Below are positions 27,810 to 38,338 of a stretch of DNA of 64,000 nt, in pieces (positions within the stretch are counted from its first letter, which is position 1; the number at the start of each line of letters is the position of its first letter). Below the pieces are notes generated by a model. It saw nothing but the letters and a program-made list of their open reading frames with translations. It did no database searches and was not told the DNA's origin. Origin of the DNA: an uncultured Actinomycetota bacterium (GTDB lineage Bacteria > Actinomycetota > Actinomycetes > JAHEKZ01); contig CAVURN010000001.1 in NCBI GenBank assembly GCA_963743915.1, positions 416,001 through 480,000 of the forward strand, written 5' to 3'. A program made the position numbers and the translations under genes.

Positions 27810-28685
27810 GTGACCAGTGAGGCGACGCTGCTCGACGCGCTCCGCGCGGTCCCTGGCGTGGCCGCGGCCGACATCGAGCCGGACGAGCGTCCGGACGGGG
27901 CGGGCACCCTGCGGCTCCAACTGGCACCGGGTGCCGACGAGATCGCCGTCGCCACCAGTGTGAACCGCGTGCTGCGTGAGCAGTTCGGCCTCGCGGTGGA
28001 CGCCGGGCGCGTCCAGGTCGTCGAGGAGTCCCTCCCCGTCGTCCCCCCAGCGCCGTCGGTGGCCGAGAGCCAGCCCGACAGCCCGCCGGCGAGCCCCCTG
28101 ACCGCCCCTCCGGCCGGTCAGGCCGCACCGGCCCCCGAGCCGGTGGCCGAGAGCACCTCGCGACCGTTGCTCACCGCCGTCCCCAGCTACTCCGACGCCA
28201 CCCTGGAGGCGCCGGCCCAGCTCGAGACGGCCCGGCTCGAAACGGCTGAGCCGGACGACGAGCTGACCCCGCAGCTGGTCGAGTCGACCCGCCCGCCGCG
28301 CATCCTCATCCAGCGGATGCAGCTCGTGTCGGCAGGGCTGGGCGTGACCACCTCGGTGTCGCTCACCTGGCTCGGCGACTCGTTCGTGGGTGAGTCGTCA
28401 GCGGCGGCCACCCCGTCGAGCGTCCACCGGTCCGTCGCCGTCGCCACCCTTCGGGCTTTGGAGGAGGTCGTCGGCAGCGCTGCCCGCTTCGAGCTCGAGC
28501 AGCTCGAGATCAACCAGCTCGGGCCCGACCGGGCCGTCGTGGTGGTCGTCGCCATGCTCACCCGGGTGGGCTCGGAGCGGCTGACCGGCGTCTCCGTCGT
28601 CCGCGAGGACGTGCGTCAGGCGGTCATCCGGGCCACCCTGGACGCCCTCAACCGCCGCCTCGAGTCACTGCTGCACCCGGCGTGA
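27810..28685 (+). CDS. Hypothetical protein with Pro-rich linker
   Basis: Genome-typical codon usage. Two globular segments separated by a Pro/Ala/Ser/Glu linker. Confidence 0.75.
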   Translation: MTSEATLLDALRAVPGVAAADIEPDERPDGAGTLRLQLAPGADEIAVATSVNRVLREQFGLAVDAGRVQVVEESLPVVPPAPSVAESQPDSPPASPLTAPPAGQAAPAPEPVAESTSRPLLTAVPSYSDATLEAPAQLETARLETAEPDDELTPQLVESTRPPRILIQRMQLVSAGLGVTTSVSLTWLGDSFVGESSAAATPSSVHRSVAVATLRALEEVVGSAARFELEQLEINQLGPDRAVVVVVAMLTRVGSERLTGVSVVREDVRQAVIRATLDALNRRLESLLHPA

Positions 28686-29578
28686 CCGCCCCGCACTTCT
28701 CGGGGGAGGAGCGCGAGGTGGGCGGCTGCACGCTCTTCGTGCGCGACTCGGCGCAGGCCACCGGGACTGGCCGTCCCACCGCGGTCATGGTGCACGGTCT
28801 GGGAGGTCAGTCCACCAACTGGACCGACCTGATGGCCGAGCTGACCGAGGTGGACGCCTGGGCCCTCGACCTGCCGGGATTCGGCTGGTCCCCGCCGCCG
28901 GTCGACGGCGACTACTCCCTCACGGCGGACGCCGAGCTGGTGGCTGCTCTCGTCGAGCAGCTCCACGGGGAGCGCGGGGGACCGGTCCACCTGTTCGGCA
29001 ACTCGCTCGGCGGCGCGGTCGCGGTGCTCGCGGCTGCCGCGCGCCCCGACCTGGTGGCCAGCCTCACCTTGATCTCACCGGCGCTGCCCGACCTCCGCCC
29101 GCGACGGGACACGCTCGGCGTCCCCGCCGTGGCCGTCCCCGGCCTGGGCAAGCAGCTGTACCAGCGCATGGCTCGGGTGCCCGCCGAGCGGCAGGTGCAG
29201 GGCATGGTCGCCCTCAACTACGGAGATGCGGGCACCTTCTCCCCGCAGCGCCGCGCCGAGGCGATCGCCGAGGTCCACCGTCGGCTGGCCCTGCCCTATG
29301 CCGGTGAGGCGCTCTCCGGTGCGGCCCGGGGCCTCCTCCGGGCCTTCGTCGACCCGGGTCCTTCCGGGCTGTGGGCCGCGGCGTCGCGCGTCACCTGCCC
29401 GACGCTCGTGCTCTACGGCGGCCGTGACCGTCTCGTCGACCCTCGGCGCAGCCGCCGAGCGGCACGGGCGATGAGGCACGCCCGGATCGTGATGCTCCCC
29501 CGGGCCGGTCACGTCGCCCAGATGGAGGATCCGCGGCTGGTGGCCCGGTTCGTCCGACCGATGGTCGCCGCGGCGTGA
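28682..29578 (+). CDS. Alpha/beta fold hydrolase
   Basis: HGLGG, DLPGFG, GNSLGG, AGHVAQME. Confidence 0.92.
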   Translation: MTAPHFSGEEREVGGCTLFVRDSAQATGTGRPTAVMVHGLGGQSTNWTDLMAELTEVDAWALDLPGFGWSPPPVDGDYSLTADAELVAALVEQLHGERGGPVHLFGNSLGGAVAVLAAAARPDLVASLTLISPALPDLRPRRDTLGVPAVAVPGLGKQLYQRMARVPAERQVQGMVALNYGDAGTFSPQRRAEAIAEVHRRLALPYAGEALSGAARGLLRAFVDPGPSGLWAAASRVTCPTLVLYGGRDRLVDPRRSRRAARAMRHARIVMLPRAGHVAQMEDPRLVARFVRPMVAAA

Positions 29579-30408
29579 GCGGTCCGTCGCTTCCGGACGC
29601 GCTTCTCGACGCGGTGCCGGACCTCCGAAGGGCCGCGTGGTTCCCGCTGCCGGGGCTGTCGGGGGGCGCCTGGCGGGCAGAGGTCGGGGACGGCCCCCCG
29701 TGCGTCGTCCGTGGTGCTGGACCGCTGGAGATCGCCGCGACCCGCCGTGCGGCGTCGCTGCGCGTGGGACCCGCGGTGCGGGGCTCCGCCGAGGGGTGGT
29801 TGGTGACCGAGCTCGTGGCCGGCCCGCACGTCGGCACGCTCGAGCTGAGCCGACCCGCGGTGCTCGACGACGTCGCTCACCTGCTGTACCGCTGGCACCG
29901 CACCGCGTTGGGGGCGCCCCGGCGGCCGTTGCACGTCGCGCGCGCCACCTATCGGGAGAGCGCGCTGGTCGCGAACCCGGGGCTGGTGGAGGCACTGGCG
30001 CCGTGGGAGGCCGCTGCCGGCCGTCACGAGACCGAGCTGCTGGAACGTCCGGCCGGGGAGGTGACCGGCCACCTCGATGTGGCCGCGAACCTGTTGCGGA
30101 CGCCGCACGGCCTGCGGCTCATCGACTTCGAGTACGTCGCCGCCGCCGATCCGAACCGCGAGCTCGGCCAGCTGGTCTGGGAGGCCGAGCTCTCCGACGC
30201 GTCCGCCCGCCGGTTGACCGAGGCGTACTGGCGGCCCGTCGGCGACGCGGCCCGGCACCTGCTGGACGTGGGGGCGTGGGCTTTCGTCACCGGCGTCACC
30301 TGGACACTCTGGGGCGCCGGCAACCCGGGGCTGGCGCTGTGGACAAGGCGAAGCGCCGAACGTCTGAGGCGCCACTGGACGCGGGCCGCTCTGGACGACA
30401 CGCCGTAG
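29575..30408 (+). CDS. Choline kinase/aminoglycoside phosphotransferase-like protein
   Basis: GHLDVAANLL (HxDxxxN-like) and LIDFEY motifs. Confidence 0.72.
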   Translation: MSGPSLPDALLDAVPDLRRAAWFPLPGLSGGAWRAEVGDGPPCVVRGAGPLEIAATRRAASLRVGPAVRGSAEGWLVTELVAGPHVGTLELSRPAVLDDVAHLLYRWHRTALGAPRRPLHVARATYRESALVANPGLVEALAPWEAAAGRHETELLERPAGEVTGHLDVAANLLRTPHGLRLIDFEYVAAADPNRELGQLVWEAELSDASARRLTEAYWRPVGDAARHLLDVGAWAFVTGVTWTLWGAGNPGLALWTRRSAERLRRHWTRAALDDTP

Positions 30409-30701
30409 CCACCGGGCACTTTGAAGGAAATCACCCTCCACAGGGCCCTTCTCTGGTTGTCTGCGCGATGGGTCCGAGGCGGAGTGCGGACGGACCCCCA
30501 GCGGACGGCCCCCCTGCTCTGCGTCCCCCCTCGGAGCAGGGGGGTCTCTGCTGTCCGGCGCCCGCTGCCCGGCGACCCGGTGAGGGGACCAGCTGTCCAC
30601 GATGCGGACGCTGTTCTCGGAATGCGGGCGGCTCCGGCACAGTTGGAGACAAGGTCGGCGCCGCCGCGTCGTCCTGACCCCGCACCCGATGGAGCTCGCC
30701 C

Positions 30702-31895
30702 GTGTCCAGCCTGCCCCCGCTCGTCGAGCCCGCTGACGCGCTGTCGGTCGACGAGGTCAAGCGCTACTCGCGCCACGTCATCATCCCCGAGGTGGCGATG
30801 GACGGTCAGAAGCGGCTGAAGAACGCGCGCGTCCTGGCGATCGGCGCTGGTGGCCTCGGTTCCCCGACGCTCCTCTATCTGGCGGCCGCCGGCGTCGGCA
30901 CGATCGGCATCGTCGAGTTCGACGTGGTCGACGAGTCGAACCTGCAACGTCAGGTCATCCACGGCCAGAGTGACGTGGGTCGCTCGAAGGCAGAGTCGGC
31001 CCGCGACTCGATCAAGGAGATCAACCCCTTCGTGACCGTCCAGGTGCACGAGGAACGGCTGGACTCGAGCAACGTCCTGCAGATCTTCGGCCAGTACGAC
31101 CTCATCGTCGACGGCACGGACAACTTCGCCACGCGCTACCTGGTCAACGATGCAGCCGTCCTGCTCGGCAAGCCCTACGTGTGGGGCTCGATCTACCGCT
31201 TCGACGGCCAGGCCAGCGTGTTCTGGGCCGAGCACGGCCCCTGCTACCGCTGCCTCTACCCCGAGCCCCCGCCGCCCGGCATGGTCCCCTCCTGCGCCGA
31301 GGGTGGCGTTCTCGGCGTGATGGCGGGCACCGTCGGGACCTTCCAGGCGAACGAGGCGATCAAGCTCATCACCGGCATCGGCGAGAGCCTGGTGGGCCAG
31401 CTGGTCATCTACGACGCCCTCGAGGCGCGCGTCCGCAAGGTGCGGATCCGCAAGGACCCGAGCTGCGCAGTCTGTGGCGAGAACCCGACGGTGACCGAGC
31501 TCATCGACTACGAGGCGTTCTGCGGCACCATCTCGCAGGAGGCGGCGGACGCCGCACGCGAGTCGACGATCAGCGTGCGCGACCTGCAGCAGATGCTGGC
31601 GGCCCGCGAGCGTGGTGAGACCGACTTCCTGCTGGTCGACGTCCGGGAGCCGGCGGAGCGCGAGATCGTGGCGATCGCGGGGTCTGAGCTGATCCCCAAG
31701 AACGAGTTCCTGCTGGGGAACGCCCTCGAGTCGCTGCCCCAGGACAAGCCGGTGGTTCTCTACTGCAAGGTGGGCGGTCGGTCGGCAGAGGTGCTCGCGG
31801 TCGTCAAGGGCGCGGGCTTCGCCAATGCCCAGCACGTCGGCGGCGGTGTCGTGGCGTGGGTCAACCAGATCGAGCCCGACAAGCCCACGTACTGA
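30702..31895 (+). CDS. moeB: Molybdopterin-synthase adenylyltransferase/sulfurtransferase MoeB (MoeZ type)
   Basis: RYSRH, GAGGLG, SNLQRQ, PCYRC, SCAEGG, C-terminal rhodanese (YCKVGGRS). Confidence 0.95.
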   Translation: MSSLPPLVEPADALSVDEVKRYSRHVIIPEVAMDGQKRLKNARVLAIGAGGLGSPTLLYLAAAGVGTIGIVEFDVVDESNLQRQVIHGQSDVGRSKAESARDSIKEINPFVTVQVHEERLDSSNVLQIFGQYDLIVDGTDNFATRYLVNDAAVLLGKPYVWGSIYRFDGQASVFWAEHGPCYRCLYPEPPPPGMVPSCAEGGVLGVMAGTVGTFQANEAIKLITGIGESLVGQLVIYDALEARVRKVRIRKDPSCAVCGENPTVTELIDYEAFCGTISQEAADAARESTISVRDLQQMLAARERGETDFLLVDVREPAEREIVAIAGSELIPKNEFLLGNALESLPQDKPVVLYCKVGGRSAEVLAVVKGAGFANAQHVGGGVVAWVNQIEPDKPTY

Positions 31896-31934
31896 GTAGA
31901 CCATCGACCTTGAGCGCTGGTTCATAATTCTGCG

Positions 31935-32342
31935 ATGACGCTACGGATTGACTGCCTCACGATCGACTGCTCCGACCCTCAGCTGTTGGCCGACTTCTGG
32001 TCGGGGGCCCTGGGGTGGCGGGTGGTCTTCGCCGACGAGTACGAGATCGCCATCGCTGCGCCCGGTGACAACGGTGGGATCCCAGACCTGCTCTTCCTCC
32101 GGGTCCCCGATGCCAAACAGATCAAGAACCGGCTCCACCTTGACCTGCGTCCACACGACCGCGACGCCGAGGTGACCCGCCTTGAATCAATGGGTGCATC
32201 CCGTGTCGAGATTGGCCAGCAGGGAGACGAGTCGTGGGTCGTGATGGCTGACCCCGAGGGCAACGAGTTCTGCGTGCTGCGAGCGCAGGCGGAAGGAGTT
32301 GCCAAGTACGAGGGCGACGTCGGCTTCCCGAGCGGTAGCTAG
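31935..32342 (+). CDS. VOC/glyoxalase family protein
   Basis: LADFWSGALG, KNRLHLDL, VMADPEGNEFC. Confidence 0.92.
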   Translation: MTLRIDCLTIDCSDPQLLADFWSGALGWRVVFADEYEIAIAAPGDNGGIPDLLFLRVPDAKQIKNRLHLDLRPHDRDAEVTRLESMGASRVEIGQQGDESWVVMADPEGNEFCVLRAQAEGVAKYEGDVGFPSGS

Positions 32343-34765
32343 AGGGCGCCCTGGCGCTGCAGGTAGGTGAAGCTCAGCCAGCCCGGAACCATGGGGAGCC
32401 AGAACGTGACCGCCCGGAACAGCAGCGCCGACTGCACGGCGGTGCTTCCGTCGAGGCCGGCCGCCGTCAGGCCCGCCGCCAGGGCCGCCTCGACGGCGCC
32501 GATGCCTCCCGGCGTCGGAGCGGCTGAGCCCACGGCGCCCGCCGCGAGGTACACGAAGCCGACCGTCGCGTAGGCGAGGTCACCCCCGTAGGCGAAGACG
32601 GCCGCGTACAGGGCTGCGGCGTAGGCGAGGTTCAGCAGCAGCGCCCCCCCGAGGCCCATCGCGATGCGCTGCGGCTGCCGGGCCGTCTCGAGCAGGCGGG
32701 GCCAGGTGGTCGACAGCACCGGTCGAACCCGCGAGACGACGCTCCGCCGGGCCGCCGGGATGGCGAGCAGCCCTGCCGCAGCCGCGACCGTGCCGGCGAC
32801 GACCAGGAGCACGGTGGTGTCGGGGATGAGGTCGGGGCCGGCCTGCTTGCCGGTGAGGATGCCGAAGGCGATCACCAGGATGACGTACGACGCGAAGACG
32901 AAGACCTGGGTGGCGCCGACGCTGGCGATCGCCACGGCGGGGGAGGCCCCCGCCTGCTGCAGGTAGCGGCTGTTCGTCCCGATCTGGCCGACAGCGGCGG
33001 GCGCCATGAGCGAGACGAAGGTGGCCGCGAGCTGGGTCATCAGGGTCCGGAACCACCGGAGGGCGACGGGTGCCAGGCTCGTGATGATGACAGCGGCTGC
33101 CACGTACGTGACGGCAGAGAAGACGAGGGCGAGCGCCGCCCAGACGGGGTCGGCCTCCGTCACGATGGAGACCAGGTTCACCGAGGCCAGCTGGCCGAGC
33201 AGGATCGTGACCGCGACCGTGAAGGCGACGAAGGCCACGAGCGTCCGCGGCCGCATGCGCTCCAGCCGCACGGGCTCGGTGGGAGCCGAGGGGAACGCCG
33301 CCACCACCGCGTCACGCAGCTGCTGCAGCATCAGTCGGTTCTGCTTGACCGCCCGGCGGTTGACGCGGCTGAGCGCGATCGTCTGGAGCAGGGGCAGGGC
33401 CTCACCCAGACGCTGTGCGGTGAGCTCCTGCAGCGCCCCGCGGACGGCTCGGTCCGCTCCGACGATGAGCCCGGTGGTGACGAGCAGCTCACCGTCGTCG
33501 ATGCGCAGGGTCATCAGGTCCGCCGCGATCTCACCGTTCTCCAGTCCGAGCAGCCACACCCGACCGTCGGCGTCCAGCGCGAGGTTGCCCGCGTGCAGCT
33601 CCTCGTGCGCGATGCCGGCACGGTGCAGGCGACGCACCTGCTCCCACAGGTCGGCGATGGTGGCGTCGTCGAGCTCGCTCGGATCCATCGTGTCGAAGGT
33701 GTGCAGCCCCGGCACGTGCTCGAAGGCCAGGACCGCGGCATCGGCGGTGACGGAGGCCGCCGCGATCAGGTCAGGAGTGCGGACCCCTTGCCGACGCGCC
33801 GCGAGCACCGGCAGGGCCGCCTGGTCCACCGCGCGTCGCACCGACCACGTGGGAGGACGCTCGACCACGCCCTGCACCCGGACCCGTCGGTAGAGCTGGA
33901 AGATCAGTCCGGCCGAGCGCCGGTCACGATCGATGACCCGGATGTCGAGACTGGCGCCCTCGAGCGTGCGGCCGGTGTAGAGCCGCTCCTCGTCGCTCTC
34001 GCCGACCCACTCCAGGTATGCCAAGGGCACCGCGACGGTGGCCAGCGCCTGGGCGACGTCGGCGCCGGAGGGGCGGGGATTGACGGTGCCCAGGGCATAC
34101 CGGAAGGCGAGCCCGACGGCTCGCCCGCCGCAGGCGCTGACCGCGAGGGCCAACGGGGTGGCGGACCGGTCGAACAGCAGCAGGACGGTGAACCCGAGTG
34201 CGGAGCCCCAGACGGCAGCCGCGAGGCGGGGACGTCCGCGCAATCCGTCCACCGAGGCCAGGGCGACGACTGCCGCAAGCATCGGGAAGGCGATCGGGGT
34301 GCGGTTCCCGCGCGAGCTTCCGGTCGTCAGTGCGTCGAGCAGGGTCGGGGACAGCGCGTCCGGGCCCAGTACCGAGAACGCGTAGGCCAGGAGCCATGCG
34401 GCGACGCCCGCTCCCGCCGCGACTGCGATGGTGCGCCAGCGGCGCCGCCAGGCCAGGTCGGCGAGGATCAGCGGGGGAAGCAGGAGCAGGAGCAGGTTGC
34501 TGGCGAAGGCCAGGATCGTGAGGATCAGGTCCGGCAGCGTCGTGATCGCCGACGCCAGATCCTCCTCCAGCCCGGACGCCGTGCCGAGGGCAACATCTCC
34601 GAGCACGAGCAGCAGGACGGTGGCGGTCGACCACGCTCCGAGTCGCAGCGCGTCGTTGGGGCGCCGGATCCGTCGAGGCTGCTCCGGCTCGACGACGTGT
34701 GCCGGAGGGGTCGGGACCACCGCTGCGCCGTGGATTCCCACGCGCATGTCACCGTCGTCCACCAC
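32339..34765 (-). CDS. Lysylphosphatidylglycerol synthase TM (flippase-like) domain protein with kinase-like middle domain
   Basis: N-terminal TMs, central HRAGIAH segment, C-terminal PTPGGIGAVE and FRAVTFWLP. Confidence 0.85.
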   Translation of the reverse strand: MVDDGDMRVGIHGAAVVPTPPAHVVEPEQPRRIRRPNDALRLGAWSTATVLLLVLGDVALGTASGLEEDLASAITTLPDLILTILAFASNLLLLLLPPLILADLAWRRRWRTIAVAAGAGVAAWLLAYAFSVLGPDALSPTLLDALTTGSSRGNRTPIAFPMLAAVVALASVDGLRGRPRLAAAVWGSALGFTVLLLFDRSATPLALAVSACGGRAVGLAFRYALGTVNPRPSGADVAQALATVAVPLAYLEWVGESDEERLYTGRTLEGASLDIRVIDRDRRSAGLIFQLYRRVRVQGVVERPPTWSVRRAVDQAALPVLAARRQGVRTPDLIAAASVTADAAVLAFEHVPGLHTFDTMDPSELDDATIADLWEQVRRLHRAGIAHEELHAGNLALDADGRVWLLGLENGEIAADLMTLRIDDGELLVTTGLIVGADRAVRGALQELTAQRLGEALPLLQTIALSRVNRRAVKQNRLMLQQLRDAVVAAFPSAPTEPVRLERMRPRTLVAFVAFTVAVTILLGQLASVNLVSIVTEADPVWAALALVFSAVTYVAAAVIITSLAPVALRWFRTLMTQLAATFVSLMAPAAVGQIGTNSRYLQQAGASPAVAIASVGATQVFVFASYVILVIAFGILTGKQAGPDLIPDTTVLLVVAGTVAAAAGLLAIPAARRSVVSRVRPVLSTTWPRLLETARQPQRIAMGLGGALLLNLAYAAALYAAVFAYGGDLAYATVGFVYLAAGAVGSAAPTPGGIGAVEAALAAGLTAAGLDGSTAVQSALLFRAVTFWLPMVPGWLSFTYLQRQGAL

Positions 34766-34851
34766 GCGGTGATCGTCCCACAGGGCCGGGGCGCCGCCCC
34801 GTGCGCCGACCCGTGTCCCACCGGAGCTGCCCGAGCCCTAGGGTGCCGAGA

Positions 34852-35154
34852 GTGGTCGCTGAGAGCCTGCCCACCCCTTACGCCGAGGAGGTCCTCGACC
34901 TTGTCGAGCGGATCCCTCCTGGACAGGTGATGGCCTACTCCGACGTCGCGACGGCACTGGGTCGGGGCGGCCCGCGTCAGGTGGGACAGGCGTTGGCGCG
35001 CTTCGGGTCCGGCGTCCCCTGGTGGCGCGTGCTCAGAGCGGACGGAAGCTGCGCACCCGCGCACGGCGACGAGCAGCGGAGCCGGCTCACGTCGGAGGGT
35101 GTCCCGTTCGTCGGTGACCGGGTCGACCTCGGTCGGGCTCGCTGGCGCCCCTGA
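34852..35154 (+). CDS. Alkyltransferase-like (ATL/MGMT family) protein
   Basis: IPPGQVMAYSDVA, GPRQVG, VPWWRV (Trp in place of the catalytic Cys). Start approximate. Confidence 0.88.
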   Translation: MVAESLPTPYAEEVLDLVERIPPGQVMAYSDVATALGRGGPRQVGQALARFGSGVPWWRVLRADGSCAPAHGDEQRSRLTSEGVPFVGDRVDLGRARWRP

Positions 35155-35193
35155 CCGGTCAGACGTGTCGGCATCAGGTGATGTGATGCTCCC

Positions 35194-38100
35194 GTGACCG
35201 AGACGTTCCGCCCCGACGAGCACCAGCAGCGCGTCGTCGACCTCGTGGCGACCGCAGGTCACGGCCCGCTGCTCGTCCTGGCCGGCCCCGGTACCGGGAA
35301 GACCACCACGCTCGTCGAGGCCATCGCCGCGCGGGTCGCCGCGGGCACGTCGCCCGAGCGGGTGCTCACCCTCACCTTCAGTCGCCGCGCGGCCGGTGAG
35401 CTGCGCGCCCGCCTGGCGCACCGGCTGCAGCGCACCGTGGGTGCACCGCTCGCCTGGACGTTCCACGGCTTCGGGTTCTCTCTCGTCGGCGAGCTGCTGG
35501 TGCCTGACGACCTCGGCCGCGCACTCCGCCTGCTCTCCGGCCCGGAGCAGGAGGTCGTGGTGCGTGAGCTGCTGGCCCACGACCGTGAGATCGGCCGGGT
35601 CGCGTGGCCGGACCACCTCGCGGCCGCGCTCCGCACGCGGGGCTTCACCGAGCAGGTGCGCACGTTCATGGCCACGGCGCGCTCGCTGGGCCTTGACGCC
35701 GAGAACGTCGCCTCACTCGCCGCCGACCGGGAGGACTGGCGTGCCGCCGCCGCGTTCATGGTCGAGTACCTCGACGTCATGGACAGCCGGGGGCTGCTCG
35801 ACTACTCCGAGCTGATCGTCCGCGCGGTCGCCTACGCCGAGTCCGAGGTCGGACGCGCCCGGCTGCGCGAGCAGTACGACCTCGTGGTCGTCGACGAGTA
35901 CCAGGACACCGACCCGGCGCAGGAGCGTCTGCTGCAGGCCATCGCGGGCGACGGTCGCGACCTGGTGGTCGTCGGCGACCCCGACCAGTCGATCTACGCC
36001 TTTCGTGGGGCGGACGTCCGGGGCATCACCGAGTTTCCCGTGCGGTTCCGCCGTCCCTCCGGGGCGCCCGCCCCGATCCTCACCCTGCGCACGTCCCGAC
36101 GTTGTGCCGACGCCGTGCTGCAGGCGTCGCGCGGCGTCGCGGCCGTCCTCGGTCCCGCCGGCAGCCTGCCGGTCGAGACGCTCCGTCAGCACCGACGCCT
36201 CGTCGCCGTCGAGGGACAGCCCCGCGGCGAGGTCGAGGTGCGACTCGCGCCGACGGTCGAACGTGAGGCCGCCGTCATCGCCGAGACGCTGCGCCGAGAG
36301 CATCTGCACCACGCCACGCCCTGGGGTGAGATGGCGGTTCTCGTCCGGTCGGGAATGACCGAGATCCCGATGTTGCAGCGGGCCCTGGTCGCAGGGGGTG
36401 TCCCGGTCGAGGTGGCCGCCGACGAGCTGCCCCTGCGCGACCACCCGGTGCTCTCACCCCTGTTGACCGTGCTCGAGGTCGTCCTCGACGAGGCTGCGCT
36501 GACCCCCGACGTCGCCCAGCAGCTGCTGCTCTCCCCGCTCGGCGGCGCGAGCCCGTCCGAGCTGCGACGGCTCGGTCGGGCGCTGCGCGACCGGCGCCGC
36601 GCGGCGCCGGACACCGATCCGCCCCCCTCGCAGGTGCTGGTGCGTGACGCCCTCCTCGAGCCCGGGTCTGCTCGACGGCCTTGCGCAGCAGGCGATCCGG
36701 CACGCGAGCTCTCTCGCCTCACTCCTCGCCGCGGCCCGGGTAGCGGCGCGTCAGGGCAGCTCGGCGCACGAGCTGCTCTGGTCGATGTGGGACGACGCCC
36801 CGTGGGCCCACCGTCTCCTGCGAGACGCCGAGGGTGCGGGCCCCGAGGCGGAGGCCGCGCATCGCGCGCTCGACGCGGTGGTGGCGCTCTTCGACCTCGC
36901 GGCGCGCAGCCACGAGCGCAACCCGCGCGGCGACCTCGCCCTCTTCGCCGCCGACGTCCTGGCGCAGGAGGTTCCTGCGGGTCCGACGTTCGACGTCGGT
37001 GTCCCGGGCCGCGGCGTCCGGCTGATGACGGCGCATCGCAGCAAGGGCCTGGAATGGGACGTGGTCGTGGTCTGCGGGCTGCAGGCGGATCGTTGGCCCG
37101 ACCTTCGCCACCGCGGCTCGGTGCTGCAGGCCGACCTGCTCGGCCCGGAGGGCGAACGCCTCCCCACCACTCCGGCCGAGGTGCGGCGGGAGGAGCGGCG
37201 CCTCTTCTACGTGGCCACGACCCGCGCGCGGCGACGGCTGCTCTGCACCGCCGTCGAGGCTCCTTCCGACGACGGCCTGCGCCCGTCCCCGTTCCTCGAC
37301 GACCTCGGCATCCCCGTCGCCCGCGACGACGCCGGAACCGGTCGCCCGCTGACCCTGGCCGGCGTCACCGCCGAGCTGCGGTCGGTCGTCCTCGATGACC
37401 GGCAGAAACCGCAGCTCCGCGCCGCCGCCGCCACGAGGCTCGCCACGCTGGCCACCGCCCGAGGAGCCGACGGGCGGCGGCTCGCGCCGGCAGCGGATCC
37501 CGAACGGTGGTGGGGGCTGGCGGACGTCACCGACGCGGACGTCGGGCCGGCATCCGGACGCGCCCTGCGGCTGTCGGGTTCCCAGGTCGAGACGCTCCTG
37601 CGGTGCCCGCTGCAGTGGTACCTCGCTCGGCGGGTCGGGGCGGAGGCCACCCGCGGCACCGCCGCTGGGTTCGGCGGAGTGGTGCACGCCCTCGCCGACG
37701 CCGTGGCCAGGGGCGAGGTACCCCCCGACATCGACGCCCTCAGCGCCGCGCTCGACGCGGTGTGGGGGCAGCTGCAGTACCCGGCTGCGTGGGAGGCGCA
37801 CCAGGAGCGACAGGCAGCAGTGGCAGCCCTTGCGCGGTTCGTGCAGTGGCACACGGCGGACCGCGGGCGGGAGTACGTCGCGTCCGAGCGCGAGTTCTCC
37901 ACCACGTTCACGGTCGAGGGTCAGACCCTCGAGCTGCGCGGACGGGTCGACCGCCTCGAGCGAGACACCGACGGCAGTCTCGTCGTCGTCGATCTCAAGA
38001 CGATGGCGAAGCCGCCGACCGCGAAGGCGGTTCAGGGGAACCTGCAGCTGGCCACCTATCGTGCGCTCGTCGAACGCGACGACGAGCTCCCCGGAACGGT

Positions 38101-38338
38101 AGGGGCAGCCGAGCTGGTCCAGCTGCGGGCCGGCGCGACCGGGGATGCCTCGGCCCCCAAGGTTCAGCGCCAGGAGGCCACCGAGGAGCTGTCTGCCGAG
38201 CTCGACGACGCCCTCGCGCAGGCGGTCCGCACCATCGCCGCCGGCGCCTTCCGGGCCACCCCGGGTGCTGCCTGCGGGTACTGCCCCTTCACCGCGAGCT
38301 GTCCGGCTCAGCCCTCCGGACAGGCGGTGGTCCCGTGA
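35194..38338 (+). pseudogene. adnA: AdnA-like UvrD helicase / PD-(D/E)XK nuclease with a +1 frameshift near 36665
   Basis: AGPGTGKT, DEYQD, GDPDQSIY in one frame; HRSKGLEW, EERRLFYVA, GRVDR...DLK, CGYCPFTASC in another. An extra G in CCCGGGTCTG separates them. Confidence 0.85.
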
